The translations under genes were made by a program, and so were the position numbers. A model generated the notes under the pieces. It was given only the letters and a program-made list of their open reading frames with translations. It did not search any database and was not told the DNA's origin. This document shows positions 1 to 13,700 of a DNA stretch of 64,000 nucleotides, piece after piece; the stretch's first letter is position 1; the number at the start of each line of letters is the position of its first letter. Source of the DNA: Mya arenaria (lineage: Eukaryota); the NCBI RefSeq assembly GCF_026914265.1, contig NC_069133.1:48545355-48609354 (forward strand), read 5' to 3'.

Positions 1-984
1 AGTCTTTGCATCAATACAAAATATATTTACTGATAATGCAATGATCGTTTATTCCCATCAAATGCTGTCTGTATTTGAAAGTCATATTGTTATCTTAACG
101 AATGAAATATAGAACATGCAATTATAACCTTGAATATACTAAAACGAACAGTGCTAAAACTGTCACAGCACCCAATATTAACTAAATGGCAATATTTAGA
201 ACAAAGGGACATAGCTCTAAATGTCAATAACTATCTCATTGGCGGATCTATGAAATAAAATAAAATGGGTCAGAACATAGGGGTACGAAATGGATCATTT
301 TTAAAAGAATTTCGACGTGTTAAGAGTGAGGTGGTGGCTTACATCACTTGTGAATAATAGGGATTAATATGCTAGTTAACACTGTACAAACTTTCAGTTC
401 TCTAAGATTATGTAGGATAACGGATGCATGAGCTGTGCAGTAACGAAAAAAGGAACTCAATGTAATAAGTACATTTTCAATTAACGTTTTATATCATTCT
501 GCGTGATTTTAATGTAATATCGTATTGTAAGGACACGTTTTGTTCAGGTATTTACACTAACAAAAAAGGTGACGAAATCTACTCCAATAAATATTAGCTC
601 ATACGCCTGTGCAATCATGTTATCATGTGTCCTAAAGTAAACTTCAACCGACCAAAGGACTGTAATCTATTCATAAAGCTGTTCAACCCATATTTGTAGT
701 AATCGAAGTACTCTAACAAGGATGTAAAACATATTATCAGTTATTTTACTATTTTATTATTTATTAGAAAAAAACAGTATTTCATTATTAATGGAATAAG
801 TCTTAACTTGTTATAGAAATATCGGATTTTATCTGTTTTCGGTTTCACTTATTGTATGTAATCACGTGGCTAATGAAGGAGTGTTTTATATAGGGTATAA
901 CTTATTTATCATAGTGGCTTTACCCTTTGGATACATATCAGTTACGAAAATGGTCGTATAAACGCAGTAAGTTGATGGAAGTTT

Positions 985-1740
<756 letters not shown>

Positions 1741-2572
1741 TATGCACTATATTGACTGTACACCGCATGTCTATTTTAGTTCTAAATCGTATGTTGTAAA
1801 ACAATACTTAGTCAACTATAAGAAGAAGAGAAAAGGTTATCAAGTGTATACTATTTCCTTGAGAGACAGTTGTTCCATACTAGAATACACTCTTTTTATA
1901 TGTATATGTTCGGTTTATTTATTTCAGGTTTTTGTTATTTGATATTGAGAGGTGAGATTCAAGCTTAAACCTTCCTTCTCGCTTAGGTCATTATTTATGA
2001 TATAACTTTATCATTGCGCAATCATCTATTATCTAATCTTACGCACAATCAGTATTAAAACGCGACCACAAATAAACACAGCCTTCCAAAACACATATGT
2101 TTAATGATCATGTCATCTTCTTCTTCGTATACCTTTTTCCTTATTAGCTTTTGCTTCTGGATATATGTATGACCGAAAATATAACATGTTCAGCTGATGG
2201 TATAAAAGTGGCTAATTCTTTGGTCAAAGTTAGCCGAAAATTTAAGTGATCCAATGAGTTTCATTAACCAATCAAATCCTTTAAATGTGCAAACTAAGCG
2301 AAATATATTTCGTGGATAACTTAACCACGTTTTATATAAATGGCTGCAGTAGTCCATTGACCAAATAGTCGTCTTCATTTGTAAGGAAGATCACTTTGAA
2401 AGAAGTAAAGTATATAATAATTTTAATTATTGTATATATAATATGATTGTAATTTGTCCTTAAGATCGTGAAAAGAAGCCAGTTGGCAAATAAAATAGTA
2501 TAAACTAGTGTGATTCCGTTTAGTAGTGTACGGTGTTCTAAAAGCATTCGTCAATTTTTCAGGTTGACATGA

Positions 2573-2617
2573 ATGGCCGGATCAATGGTTCTACTTATCT
2601 GCATACTTCTACGAGTA
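2573..2617 (+). CDS. Gene A (death-domain receptor paralogue A), first coding exon: signal peptide MAGSMVLLICILLRV, phase 0
   Basis: ATG followed by a hydrophobic core, then a GTAAGT donor at 2618. Conserved with gene B at 32155-32199. An acceptor-like TTTTTCAG sits immediately upstream, so a 5' UTR exon may lie further upstream. Confidence 0.5.
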
Positions 2618-3016
2618 GTAAGTATGCGAATACGTTTCTAAGCCACCGTAGGCTGTCATACAGTATTTTCAAAGTCCGGCTATTTGTCCGTCCTTAACGT
2701 CTGTTACAAAAATGTGTCTGCACAAAGACTCTAGAATGGCCTCGCCTAGAACTATCAAAATTGAATAATAGGTTTGGGGATCACTAAGTCAAGGGAGTTT
2801 TCAATAGTATTATGATTTGGATATAACATCATTACAAATGCATTCAAATAAATTTAAATTTGTGTAATAATAACAATGCAGAAAATAATTGATTGTATTA
2901 AACTACTATCTAAAAAAAGAAAATTTGAGACATGAAACTTTTATGACAATAAAGCGCAGTGTAACTTAATCATTATTAACGCACAGGTTGAGTTCTGGCT
3001 TTCAAATTTATTTCAG

Positions 3017-3278
3017 TTTCTGGAGGTCGGTGGAGATAGAGTCTTTCGACCTGTGGACACTAAGTGTATCCCAATATGTTCAAATCGGAAAGTGAAAGAC
3101 TGGGCCTTCAACTGTGATGGGGACAATACCACATGTGACTGGCAGTGTTCGGCCCAGAGGAAGGCGTGTCCAGAGGGCCTCACGTATCACTGCGCGGCTG
3201 ACTACGCGGACTTTGAACTACATACCGGCAATATCATCCACTTGGAAGAATGTGCGCTGGAAAAGCCATGCAAGAGAG
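3017..3278 (+). CDS. Gene A exon 2: Cys-rich ectodomain, part 1 (...FNCDGDNTTCDWQCSAQRKACPEGLTYHCAADY...)
   Basis: TTTCAG acceptor at 3011-3016. In frame with ORF 3053..3283. AG|GT donor at 3279. The 3' half is ~95% identical at protein level to gene B exon 2. Confidence 0.7.
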
Positions 3279-3730
3279 GTTGAATAAGAAAAAAATCCTT
3301 ATACATAACACCATGGCAGGGGCGAGTCCAGGATTGGGCGTTAGAGAGGGTGGGATAATTAAGAGGCAAAGCCTTTTGACTGCGCCCTCAGAAAATTACA
3401 AGAAAATGTAAACAATTTCCTATCCGAAATATCGCATTTGGGGCGTATTTTATTACTCTTTTACTATATCGAAATAAAAAATAAACATGCGGATATTTAA
3501 GAGGGGGCGCGCGCCGGGTTTACCCCTGGATCCGGTAGCTCTTACCTTCTATACTTCAGCAGTATTTACATTTAAGCTGTTGCTGTTCCACAATATAACC
3601 TGTTGCTACGGGTTTAATAACAAACAATGTTTTATAATCCGTATAGGGTGATACTTTAGTGAGGTGTTTAGATAATCAACGCAACATTTAAGAAATGTAT
3701 TTCAAATTTCATCGAATGTATTTGTTTCAG

Positions 3731-4081
3731 GCGAAGAACCGAGTATTACTCTATACGCCAATGGAGAAAAACTACCTCCGAACGAGGCAAAGATTAATTG
3801 TATTTCTTGCTCAAACAAATATTTCTACAACAGCCAAGACGGCAGATTGTCCTCGTCATATAGCAGGTGTTTCCAAGAAAAGTTTAACAAGTGCATTCCG
3901 GAGGACAACAAAATTGACTGTGGTGAGTCGTGGCTTAAGCGAACGGAGAGTGATGGCTACTGCAGATGCGATGCGAGGAGAGGGTTCGCTCCTGAGAATG
4001 AAAACATCGACTCCATGTGCTTCTACACTGACGCACATTGTATGTTAAAGAAATGTCCGTCTGCACAGGAGCTGGCTTTAA
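3731..4081 (+). CDS. Gene A exon 3: Cys-rich ectodomain, part 2 (117 codons, 12 Cys)
   Basis: TTTCAG acceptor; A|GTAAGT donor at 4082; phase 1 to 1. Collinear with gene B 33157-33507, same length. Confidence 0.75.
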
Positions 4082-4577
4082 GTAAGTGCTTTTAAGGAAA
4101 ATTGTATTTTGTTTTATAAAATACAGAAAGAGATATAGACGAATAGTGATTGAAGATTGTATATTATATAGATAAGCAAACTCATCTATTTTTAAGTTTT
4201 AAGCACTTTGGAAGTACGACGAGCATTTAGTATGCAATGCTGTCGGGTAGTTTTTCGGTACAGGAAGACATTCAGTAAAATCACAATTAAGCAAAAAACA
4301 AATTATTTGAAGAGCTTTATAATGATCTTATAGGCATCAGGGGGAGCCCAGACCGGTTCCGTTCTGGTGATAGATCGGGTCCACGGAGTATGCTACCGTC
4401 GCAAGACCCGTTTCAAATAAATAAATGTGTGTGTTTTATATAAACGATATCTCAATATAAATGTATATACATGTTATCACTGTGTGTTGATTTGGTGACT
4501 GTGTGTGTCATGTTACAAGCTAATAGATTAAAGTTTTGACCTACTAGTTCAATTAATTAGTCTTTGATTTCTCCTAG

Positions 4578-4659
4578 ATTACTCCTGCATAATCAACTGT
4601 CCAGACGGTTATTACAGGACGGACGATTCAGATGCATGTGTTGAAAGAGCAAGCGCAAC
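4578..4659 (+). CDS. Gene A exon 4: Cys-rich ectodomain, part 3 (NYSCIINCPDGYYRTDDSDACVERASA)
   Basis: CTCCTAG acceptor; GTAAGT donor at 4660. Same 82-nt length as gene B 37393-37474. Confidence 0.7.
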
Positions 4660-4979
4660 GTAAGTACATCGTCTAATTCAATCTTAAGGCCATCTGAGCC
4701 CGTTTTAGGTCTGTGAATAGTTGCTTGAATTGACATCTCCTCTAGAACCGTATGGTCTGTTTTTATGAACCTTGACATTAATCATCCTTATTGGAGCCTC
4801 AATCCACATTGCTTTAACAAAACAATTACATTTAAAACTCATAGAAATCTCTTAAAATCATTACCTCTGAAGTCAATAATAAGTATTTAGACCTTTTATA
4901 AAAAATGCTAAAATTAGTATATCCAACAACATTCCCGCTAGAACACGGGACCTGTTTTACCTATACGACTATAATTTTC

Positions 4980-5530
4980 TTTTTCATAATTTATAATACC
5001 TTGGTCAAGTCAGTATACGCTTGTTGATTTTCTCGTACGTATGATACTTGTGTCTAGTCAGTAAAAGTGTGTTAAATTTCTTGTGCTTATGATGCAGTTG
5101 TATTTTCAGTAAATGTGAGTTTATTTCTTCGATTGTTAAATACATTTGTCTAAGCAGTAAAAGAGTAATTTCCTCGTTTGCATGATACAGTTATCTGGTA
5201 TGCAAATGTGTGTTTATCACCTTGAATGTTTAAAACTTTAATGTTTGGTACGTATGTCTAGTCAGTTAGCGTCTGTCGATTTATTGAATGTTTGATACTT
5301 TTGTCAAGTCAGTTAAAGTTTATTGATTTACTTGTAGGAATGATACTTTTGTATAGTTTGCAAACGCTAGTTGACTTACTCATATGTATGGTACGTTTGC
5401 TTAGTCAGTTAATGCTATTTGATTTCCTCGTTTATTTTACACTATTGTCTCTTCAGTACACGCTTACTGGTATTCTCGTATGATTGATACTTTTGTCGAG
5501 TCAGTAAACGTTTGTTGATTTCGTTTTAAT
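4980..5530. repeat. Intronic satellite with a ~48-bp unit, about 11 degenerate copies, in intron 4 of gene A
   Basis: Recurring ...gtc[ta]agtcagtaaa[ac]g[ct]ttgttgatttcctcgtttgtatgatac... at ~48-bp spacing. The same family is in the homologous intron of gene B. Confidence 0.8.
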
Positions 5531-5830
5531 TATTGTATGAAACATTTCCGCGTATAGCGTATATTCGTTTGTTCCTCTATCTTCTCACCAAACTTACCTG
5601 AAATATTTAGTAGTACAGATGTTTGAAAAACTTCACAATGTGTTCTAAATAGATATACATATTTAACAATGCAAATCATGTTATCATTTACTTGATATCA
5701 TCTTGAAAAAATACACAAATATTTATTCCAGTCCATGATATCTGTAACTTTAAGGCATAAACCATCCTTGATTTATGATACACTTCACTGATTAAATTTA
5801 TTTAAAGTTTTATCAGCTTGATTTGTTTAG

Positions 5831-5916
5831 AGCAAAAACGAAGCCACCAACGACAGCTTCTTCAACAACTGATCAAACATACACTCAGTCTACAATTGAT
5901 TCCACAACCGGAAAAG
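5831..5916 (+). CDS. Gene A exon 5: Ser/Thr-rich stalk (TAKTKPPTTASSTTDQTYTQSTIDSTTGK)
   Basis: TTTAG acceptor; G|GTGGGT donor; phase 2 to 1. Same 86-nt length as gene B 38829-38914. Confidence 0.65.
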
Positions 5917-7196
5917 GTGGGTTCTTTTGGATACTTGTAGTCGAATCTAATGGTGTTCTTCAAATTGAAACATATACGAGTAAACGTGTAATTAAAGGTT
6001 ACGTAAAAACACCATCAATGATGGCTGGAATCCTTCTGATTGAAGCATCCTTTCTCAAGAACTATCGCCTTAAATGACTTCAAAAACGGAAGTATTCAAA
6101 TGCTATGTTAAATCCTTAGTGCAACCTAGGATTAAATAATTTGAGAAAAAAAAATATCGTGCATGTTACTATTATAATTGAGTCTCATATGATGTCTGAT
6201 AATTTACCGAGGTCCACGCGATACGATACTTTAGTAAAAAGATATTTTAAGAAAATAAACCTGAAATTCTCAACTGGATCACCGACTCACAATATGCCAA
6301 TGAGGTAGATATGTGGGTGGAGCATAGCGCTTTGCTAACAGTACCTGAACAATCGCCGGAACAGTCTAAAGAAGATACTAGAGAAATACTGAACATTTTC
6401 AAATCGATTTCGCATAAAGAAATTAAGCTCCTGTTTTTAAAATAAATGTGATGTAAGAGTTTTCGAATGAAAACTTAATAATGGTGTTTAGTATAAAATC
6501 GTAGATTTCTTTACGCTCGTGTTTTTTTGTGCATGACGAGATAAAGGGTGGCAAATCTAAGATACCAAAATCTGGAACCCTTCAGCAAATGTTGATATTT
6601 GCTCAAATATCGTTTTTGAAGACAATTTTAAATAGCGTAAACAGCTTTGTTGTTGCGAAATTGGTTGTTTACCATCATTATGTGATGTTATCAATGTTTG
6701 GTTAGCACGTCAAAATATATTATTGTTGAAGCAAAGTCGTGGCGGTCTAGTGGTCCAAAGGTTGATTATATTGGGTTATTTTTTCTTGACTTCTAAGAAC
6801 ATCTTTCTAGTTAAAAACTGTAAATCATTAGGTTTTCAGAAAGTCACGTGATAAGCAAATTTCTTATTGACGTTGTGTGCGATAAATCATAAACATATAC
6901 TTAGAGTATCTTTCGGTTTTGTTGCATTTTTTAATCGAGATAAATCCATTTATTGGGGTTAAAAAATGTAAAAGTTGAAAAGAAGTCATTTGGATATACA
7001 AACAATCAAATAAGTTTACATATTTAAATCATAATGAATCCTTTATACTTAAATAACAACAACAACAACATTTCTCCAAAAACAAGTTCCTTTGAGTGGC
7101 AAGCATGGAAATGCATTTGTTCCGAAATAACTGAAAATGTGAATATGTGATTTAATGTATATTTTATTTATGGCCTTTTTTTCTCATATAATCTAG

Positions 7197-7292
7197 AGAA
7201 AGTTGTCATCAGCTCGAAGAAGACAGACAAAGTAACAGGAGCAGAATTTGCACCATTTGTCGTCATAATTGCATGGCTATTGATAACGATAT
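7197..7292 (+). CDS. Gene A exon 6: transmembrane helix (...EFAPFVVIIAWLLITI) followed by a basic stop-transfer stretch
   Basis: ATCTAG acceptor; T|GTAAGT donor. A 16-residue hydrophobic stretch. The gene B homologue is 39698-39805. Confidence 0.7.
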
Positions 7293-8469
7293 GTAAGTGA
7301 AAACAACTTTCTCACGGTTTATCCAGGTGCCAGTATTCGTTTATAGTTTTTGTTATTGTAGTAAAGTTATTGTATATGCTTCATAATTTAACACTTATGA
7401 CAATGGTATCGGCCACATTTCTTAATTTTCGACAAATACCCATAAATTACCTAAACAGAACATTTTAGCGGAACAGTATTTCTTATTTGCAGTTTTTCGA
7501 CACGCGTAAGCTTTGATCTAATCGAATAATTTGAAGTATCACATGTTAGAATTCAACATATATTTCTAGTCAATGAAATTGCACATAGGCAGTCATAAAG
7601 TACTAGGCGTAAACATTGAGAATTTCAACTTTCGCGGGTGTTTTAAACGTTTGCCTACTGCCACTCTTCTAATTCATACTCTCTGCGTCAAATTTTGCGT
7701 TAAAAATGTGCCAGCCAATGAGTTTGTATTTTTAGCTATCTAGATGACCAGAATTAATATTTGATAAAAAAGAGCTCATTCGCTTCGTTTTATCAACCCA
7801 TTCTTAGTCATCAAGATTCGACTTCATGCCATCTTATTATAATAAATAAATATTCGCGAATATTTTATTTCGGGAAATGATTTTCCATAGCAAAGCATGC
7901 GCGCGGGAGGTTTAAAAAAGAGAAAGATGAATTCCGCGCCAAGCATATCCACAACTATTATATATTTTCATTTTTAGAAAAACACTTCTCTACATTTTAC
8001 AACACGCGATAATGTATAATCTTAATACTCTTTACGGCAAATTAAATGGTCCCTCCTTGTAGTAAAATGTATTAAATCCATAAAATGTATCATATAGGTC
8101 AACCACAGGTGATAGTAACATAGCCGGGATTGAACGTTTGTTTTTACTTTTAGTTTTGGCCGAAATTTGAGAGCCATCTAATTAATTTATTAATGTTGTA
8201 AAGCCGAATTCATTGGTCAGCAATGAAACAGTCCACTCTTCTTGCATTCAAAGCATAACCGGTGCGCGGTCAAGATCAACATTGCAACACGGGTTTTGAT
8301 AGTGAAAGTAGATACTGTAACAAAATTATTTCGGATCGGATAGAGACTCGTCTAAATCATAATGGTAGGAATAATATTTTAAGCTACTTTGTTGACAGGC
8401 CATTGTTCTCTTATCCCGCTAAATACATTAAGTACTGTATATATAGTTGGTTTATATCATTATTTCTAG

Positions 8470-8574
8470 GTTGTCACAAAGGAAGGATTTTGAAAGAAAA
8501 AAACGAAAAAGGCCTTATGAAGGCAGCCAGATTAATCGTGAAATTAGCACTCTGCCAACGCTCTACTAGTTTAA
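8470..8574 (+). CDS. Gene A exon 7: juxtamembrane cytoplasmic segment (CHKGRILKEKNEKGLMKAARLIVKLALCQRSTSL)
   Basis: TTTCTAG acceptor; A|GTAAGT donor. Same 105-nt length as gene B 41645-41749. Confidence 0.7.
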
Positions 8575-8914
8575 GTAAGTTTTTATCAATTAAAAGTGTA
8601 CCAATTTATTAACGTTTTTAACAAGGACTTTATTTCTTTTTCAAAACTCCGCAAACTTTTTGAACAATCCTCGTGAAACGTTAACAGCAACTTTTTTGTA
8701 AACCCTTGATTAGCGAGGTTGATTTCTTTTAACCACTGGGCCTATATGTTATCATAACTAAATTACTTATATTTATGTAATAATAATTTTAAAGGAAATG
8801 ACGACTCTTGAGTGTGTCGTAGTTTTGCTTACTGGAAGTGCATACATCGAGATTGGTATATATATATATATCATAACATCTTCGTAAGCTTTGTCTCTTT
8901 GTTCTGCAAAAAAG

Positions 8915-9031
8915 TGGAAACCTCCGGCGAAGCTGTTAGTACACACAATGCCGAGTCACAGCAAAACACGGAGGAGGACAAACAGAGTCGAGTGAAACTT
9001 CTTTCAGGCGTCGAACAAGAGGGTAGGAAAG
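8915..9031 (+). CDS. Gene A exon 8a: cytoplasmic linker (METSGEAVSTHNAESQQNTEEDKQSRVKLLSGVEQEGRK), symmetric exon, phase 1 to 1
   Basis: AAAAG acceptor (weak); G|GTAACT donor at 9032. Homologous to gene B exon 41937-42014. Confidence 0.5.
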
Positions 9032-9295
9032 GTAACTGCAATGATATTTATTTCTTAAAAATGTGTTTTAAAGTACTTTAAAAACAAAGAATCCGAAACA
9101 AACGATAAAAACGTGTGGGTCAAAACTGGGACTATATGTTATTTAAACTAAACTGCTTATATTTATGTAAAACATTTTTAAAGGAACGACGACTCTTTAG
9201 TGTGTCGTAGTTTTGCTTAATAGAAGTGCATTCAACGACATTGGTATATAGTCAAACCATCTTCGTAAGCTTTGTCTCTTTGTTCTGCAAAACAG

Positions 9296-9412
9296 TGGAG
9301 ACCTCCGGTGAAGCTGTTAGTACACACACTGCCGGGTCACAGAAAGAAACGGAGGTGGACAACCTGAGTCGAGTGAAACTTCTTTCAGGCGTCGAACAAG
9401 AGGGCAGGAAAG
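9296..9412 (+). CDS. Gene A exon 8b: duplicated copy of exon 8a (…ETSGEAVSTHTAGSQKETEVDNLSRVKLLSGVEQEGRK), 117 nt, phase 1 to 1
   Basis: ACAG acceptor, stronger than that of 8a; G|GTAACT donor at 9413. The ORF is intact. It could be spliced in tandem with 8a, alternatively to it, or be a pseudo-exon. Confidence 0.5.
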
Positions 9413-9942
9413 GTAACTGCAATCATATTTATTTTTTTAAAAATGTGTTTTAAAGTACTTTAAAAACAAAGAATCCGAAACAAACGGAAATGAACTTGTG
9501 GTTCAAAATTTTGAAAATATACTGTTTAGAAAGATTTATTCATACCGACAGTACGTCAAAATTAACTAAATATACTCGTATAGCATATATTGAAGTCGTC
9601 AATGCACACATTTGTCCCTCTTATGAGAGGATTGATCCGAAAATAGCATTTAAAAAAAACTAGATAAAAGTTCACATAGTCGCATGGTTTTGACAGATCT
9701 GAACAGCTTCATTAATTTATTTATGTTTTAGTATTTGGCTCTATATTTTTCATCGTTCAGTTTATAAGGGACTACAGTTTGTTGTTGTTTTTCCACAATA
9801 ATCATGCCATATTTATAATGCAATTACCTGTACTGAATGTTCCTAAACATTGTTTGTTTATAGACTGACTTACGTAGTACAAACGATTGTCTTGAAAAAC
9901 AATATCATTTGATTTTTGAAAGAAGCACAATTCATATTTTAG

Positions 9943-10218
9943 CTCCCTGGAAGAAAAAAAGTCCAAGTGACATAGAACTATTGCACGTTGCGTCGCTAAT
10001 TGGAAAAGGCTGGAGAGGTTTGGGTGCTCATCTGGACATCAGAACCTCCCTATTAGACCAAATAGAAAAAAATAACTGTGGCCATAAAGATATTGTTTAT
10101 GAAATGCTGAGAGAATGGCGAAATTCCAGCTCTCAACCAACATTGAGTCATTTAGAGGATGCAATTCGTGAGTCAGGCGTTGTGTTTGACTGGGACTTTG
10201 TAAAACAGGATATTTTAG
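9943..10218 (+). CDS. Gene A exon 9: death domain (...IELLHVASLIGKGWRGLGAHLDIRTSLLDQIEKNNCGHKDIVYEMLREWRNSSSQPTLSHLEDAIRESGV...)
   Basis: TTTTAG acceptor at 9937-9942; G|GTAGGT donor at 10219. Typical death-fold signature: a conserved Trp in helix 1, LxxxW/L-R in helices 3 to 4, and ...L..AL... in helix 6. The paralogue is 42330-42614. Confidence 0.75.
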
Positions 10219-10506
10219 GTAGGTCTCCCACTTTCACCTTTTCTTTAAATAAACCATATGCCATTGTTTGTTGTTGTTGTTTTTTTCCTTTTTGTGACCA
10301 CATTTCAATTAATTTTATAGTATTGAATAATATTAAGTTTATTTACTTTTCATCCAAGCATTATATTGTCATATTTTTATTTTGCTTTTATTGTTAAATT
10401 CTAATTGTTTTTCCTTTCAGTAAGTCTGTATCATATATATATATATGTAAATATATACTAGTATTTACCAATACTATTCATTATTAATCAATTCTTTAAA
10501 ACAAAG

Positions 10507-10730
10507 ACAAGCGTCACCAAAATGCTGCCTTGAATAATACTCCGGACGAGGGTGAAAAAAACGCTGCCACGAATGATATTCCGGACGAGGGTGACAAAAA
10601 TGCTGTCTCGGTTGATAATGAGATGAACAACACTCTCAATGCTAGAGTAGAGGCACATTTATCTGGTAGAAGCATAGCCAGTTCTTGCAACATAGCCAGT
10701 AGAAGCAGGACAGACGAAACACAATTTTAA
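10507..10730 (+). CDS. Gene A last coding exon: acidic tail with two copies of the N-x-[ST]-P/T-D-E-G-x-K-N-A motif, stop at 10728-10730
   Basis: ACAAAG acceptor. The frame continues into ORF 10530..10730. The 3' UTR 10741-11000 is homologous to 43886-44110. Confidence 0.7.
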
Positions 10731-13700
10731 CAATACTTCTCAGTTTGCATATGTTGTGTAAGAGTACTTAAGTTATTACTGAAGTTACCGTCGCAGCGTT
10801 TGAAACTTACTGAGTCCAAGGATCCCTAGGACACAGCATTTTTTGGAGGGACTAAATAACCTCGAAGTCAGGTGTCCATATTGTGCAATATTGTTTTGGC
10901 AGAAAAATAGATTGAAACCCAAAATACATGTTAAGTTCAATAAGAATTAATTAACAATCGATAAGAAATTGTATGTTTGTGTCCCTTCTGGATCCCTTGG
11001 AAATATAGTTAATTTCGACCATTGCGGTGTAGAGCAAAGACTTTTCTTAGATTATATTTAAAGGAAGCTGCATATGTTATAAAATTACGTTGTCAAGAAT
11101 TGTTTCTTATATACAAAAATATATATCATAATTGAATTGTGGGAAAATTTGTGAATGCAATATATCCTTCATTTGCTTCAAGGGCGGAGTTTTTTTATCT
11201 GGTGATTGACTAATCACGTAGAAACACTAAAACTATTAGTTAACGATATAGTTTCATTGTTATAAATGGAATTTAAATAACTTTAGAAGAAAACAACCTG
11301 CAAGTTGGCAAACTATTCATTGACGTCAATGATGTGTATGTGTCCATTGTCAGATTGATGTCTGACTTAATAAAACGTGAGCGAGACCCTTATGTACGGG
11401 GCAGTGTATCAATTTGTTTTGGACTATTGCCTATATCCACCGTGTGTGTATCAAAGTTGAAGTCTGAAACTGCTTCTTGCCGTCAGTCAAACAGCGGTTC
11501 CGTTGTGAAATTGATCCAAATTATCATTATATGATATAACAAATATATTTTAATACTCATTTCAGTTTTGCTAGATGCGTTTGAATGAAGATTAAAAGTA
11601 TCTTCCATGGCCGCTCGTGTAAGATAGGTTCATTCCAACCCGAGCGTGAGGTTTACCGAGTTTCCGCAGAACACCCTCCCCGAGGGCTCAGGCGAATCTA
11701 TCCTACCCGATTAGCCATGAAAGATACGTTTTCTTTCACCTCAGTTAAACTAAATAAAGTTGAAACGTACTATTTCACTGGAATCCTTTTGTGCGTAGTG
11801 AAAATAGTTCGCGTATAGATATGTGATAATATGTTGTTTTCATAGATATGCGTGCAGTAATTCAAATATTTAAATAGTCAAGTCGTTCTTTAAATAGTTC
11901 TAAGGGGATTGCAACATAATTTCTTGAAAGTAGCGTTAAAACCTTTTTGTGTCAGTTAAAGTGAGGAATGATTTATTTGGATTTTAAACATTACCACTAG
12001 ACAAGGTTCCCATGGTGCTACAGACGACGATCTTTTACAAGGGAGATAATTGTGTGATGACAATACAAAATAAGTTCCAAATGGGTCCTTATTTAACTTT
12101 GCCCGTGGGCAAGATAAGGATTTCCAGCATGCCCAAATCTACTTTTCTTGGATTGGAGAAGAAAATATCTTAATATGTGATTTATCTACACTTAATTCAT
12201 TATCAATCATATTGCCTCTCCTCAAAAGTCATCATTTTATGCAATCAATTTGACTGAGTATTGTTCAGTGAATTCTCCTTCATGTATGATTAAATTATAC
12301 AAACATATAACTCATTGATATTTACACCATGGCTGTGAAGTTTGGGGTGTAAAAAGCATATATAAAGAAATAGTGCAGTTGAAGTTTTGTAAAGAAAGGC
12401 ATTAGAACTCTAACTCAAGTAAATATATACTGTTTTTGTTAACATAAAACTCGGTAGAACACCATTAATGACTAGAAGAGTTGTAAATGTGATAGAGCAT
12501 TGGTTTAACACTTTACATATCAAATGTTCCAAACAGTTTATAGTTATTGTTTATTGTTAAGAGATTTAGACGCTTACTGTAAATTAAGGACAATAAGTGC
12601 TAGAATTTGAAGCCGTTAGGCATTATAATCTGAATTTATTTCAAGTTTAAATATTCATTTCATATCGATTCAAATCCTGTACCTGTTAAATCTGCACTCT
12701 CACAGATTGAACATTTTGACAACATTTTTAATTTTTGGTCTTAGAACGATCCAATTTATGCGAAATGCATGTAAACCAGTAATATAAGACTGCTGACAAA
12801 ACACTAGATTGCAGTTTGTTATATTTAAGTTCAAAAATTAATGTTTTATGCATTTTTTCTAAAAGCGTTAGTAACGGTTTTAGCCATAAAGCATTACTTT
12901 TTGGAACAGAAATATGAAAATCTGCGATCAGATCTTATTTCAGCAGTCTTCTATCACTGGTTTACAGATATGTACGCAAACAAAGACTCATTCCAAGACA
13001 AAGAATAAAAAATGTAAAAACGGTAAATCTGTGAGAGTGCATCTTTAATGATATAAACTGCCAAATATGTAATGCTTTTAGAAGATGACTTTAATTTCCT
13101 TTTTAAATCTTCTCAAGAGCGAGGTTGTGCACACAAACTGGTTAAAAACCCCAGTAAATTTACATTTTACTGACCGTTTCAACGCGGTACCTAACAATCC
13201 TTGATAAACATACCTAGTTTTTTTATATATATATAGTATATATGCACTGTGCTGCTTGTGGGCTGTCCATGTTTCTTGTTTGTGATTTTATGTTCTATAT
13301 TTTTGGCGATTACCCAGTGTCATTAACTCGGGTTTATGTTTAAACTGTTTGCCACTGAGCTGGTTTCTGTAGCTTTTCGCATGAATATTAATAGCATGAG
13401 TGAACCAAAGATTTTTGGACTCATTACAAATACGAACAAAACTATGTGTAAAAACTCCACCTTTTTATATTTAATAAGTTTATATAAAATGTTCTAATGG
13501 TACTGGTAACACAAACTCCTAACGGTCACCATATACTGTATAATATATATTTATAATGCGACTTCATGTACGTATATGTATGTAACTAGTTATTGATTAA
13601 CATGTTTATTATATGACTTGCCTAGGAAAATAAGGACAAAGACCAACTAACATTTCATTTGTTATTGTTGACATATACTTCTTTTCATACATCATTGTAT

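Larger units (their letters stand above)
8740..9485. repeat. Tandem duplication of a ~381-bp unit, two copies (8740-9110 and 9121-9485), each containing one 117-nt exon
   Basis: Near-identical flanks around both copies: ...ctatatgttat...aaattacttatatttatgtaa... and ...aaaatgtgttttaaagtactttaaaaacaaagaatccgaaacaaacg... Gene B has a single copy at 41880-42070. Confidence 0.85.

Noticed and set aside
3695-4048. 117-aa ORF overlapping gene A exon 3 in another frame
   Set aside because: Only the frame shared with exon 2, exon 4 and paralogue B (Cys-rich, conserved) is supported. This one is an incidental overlapping frame.
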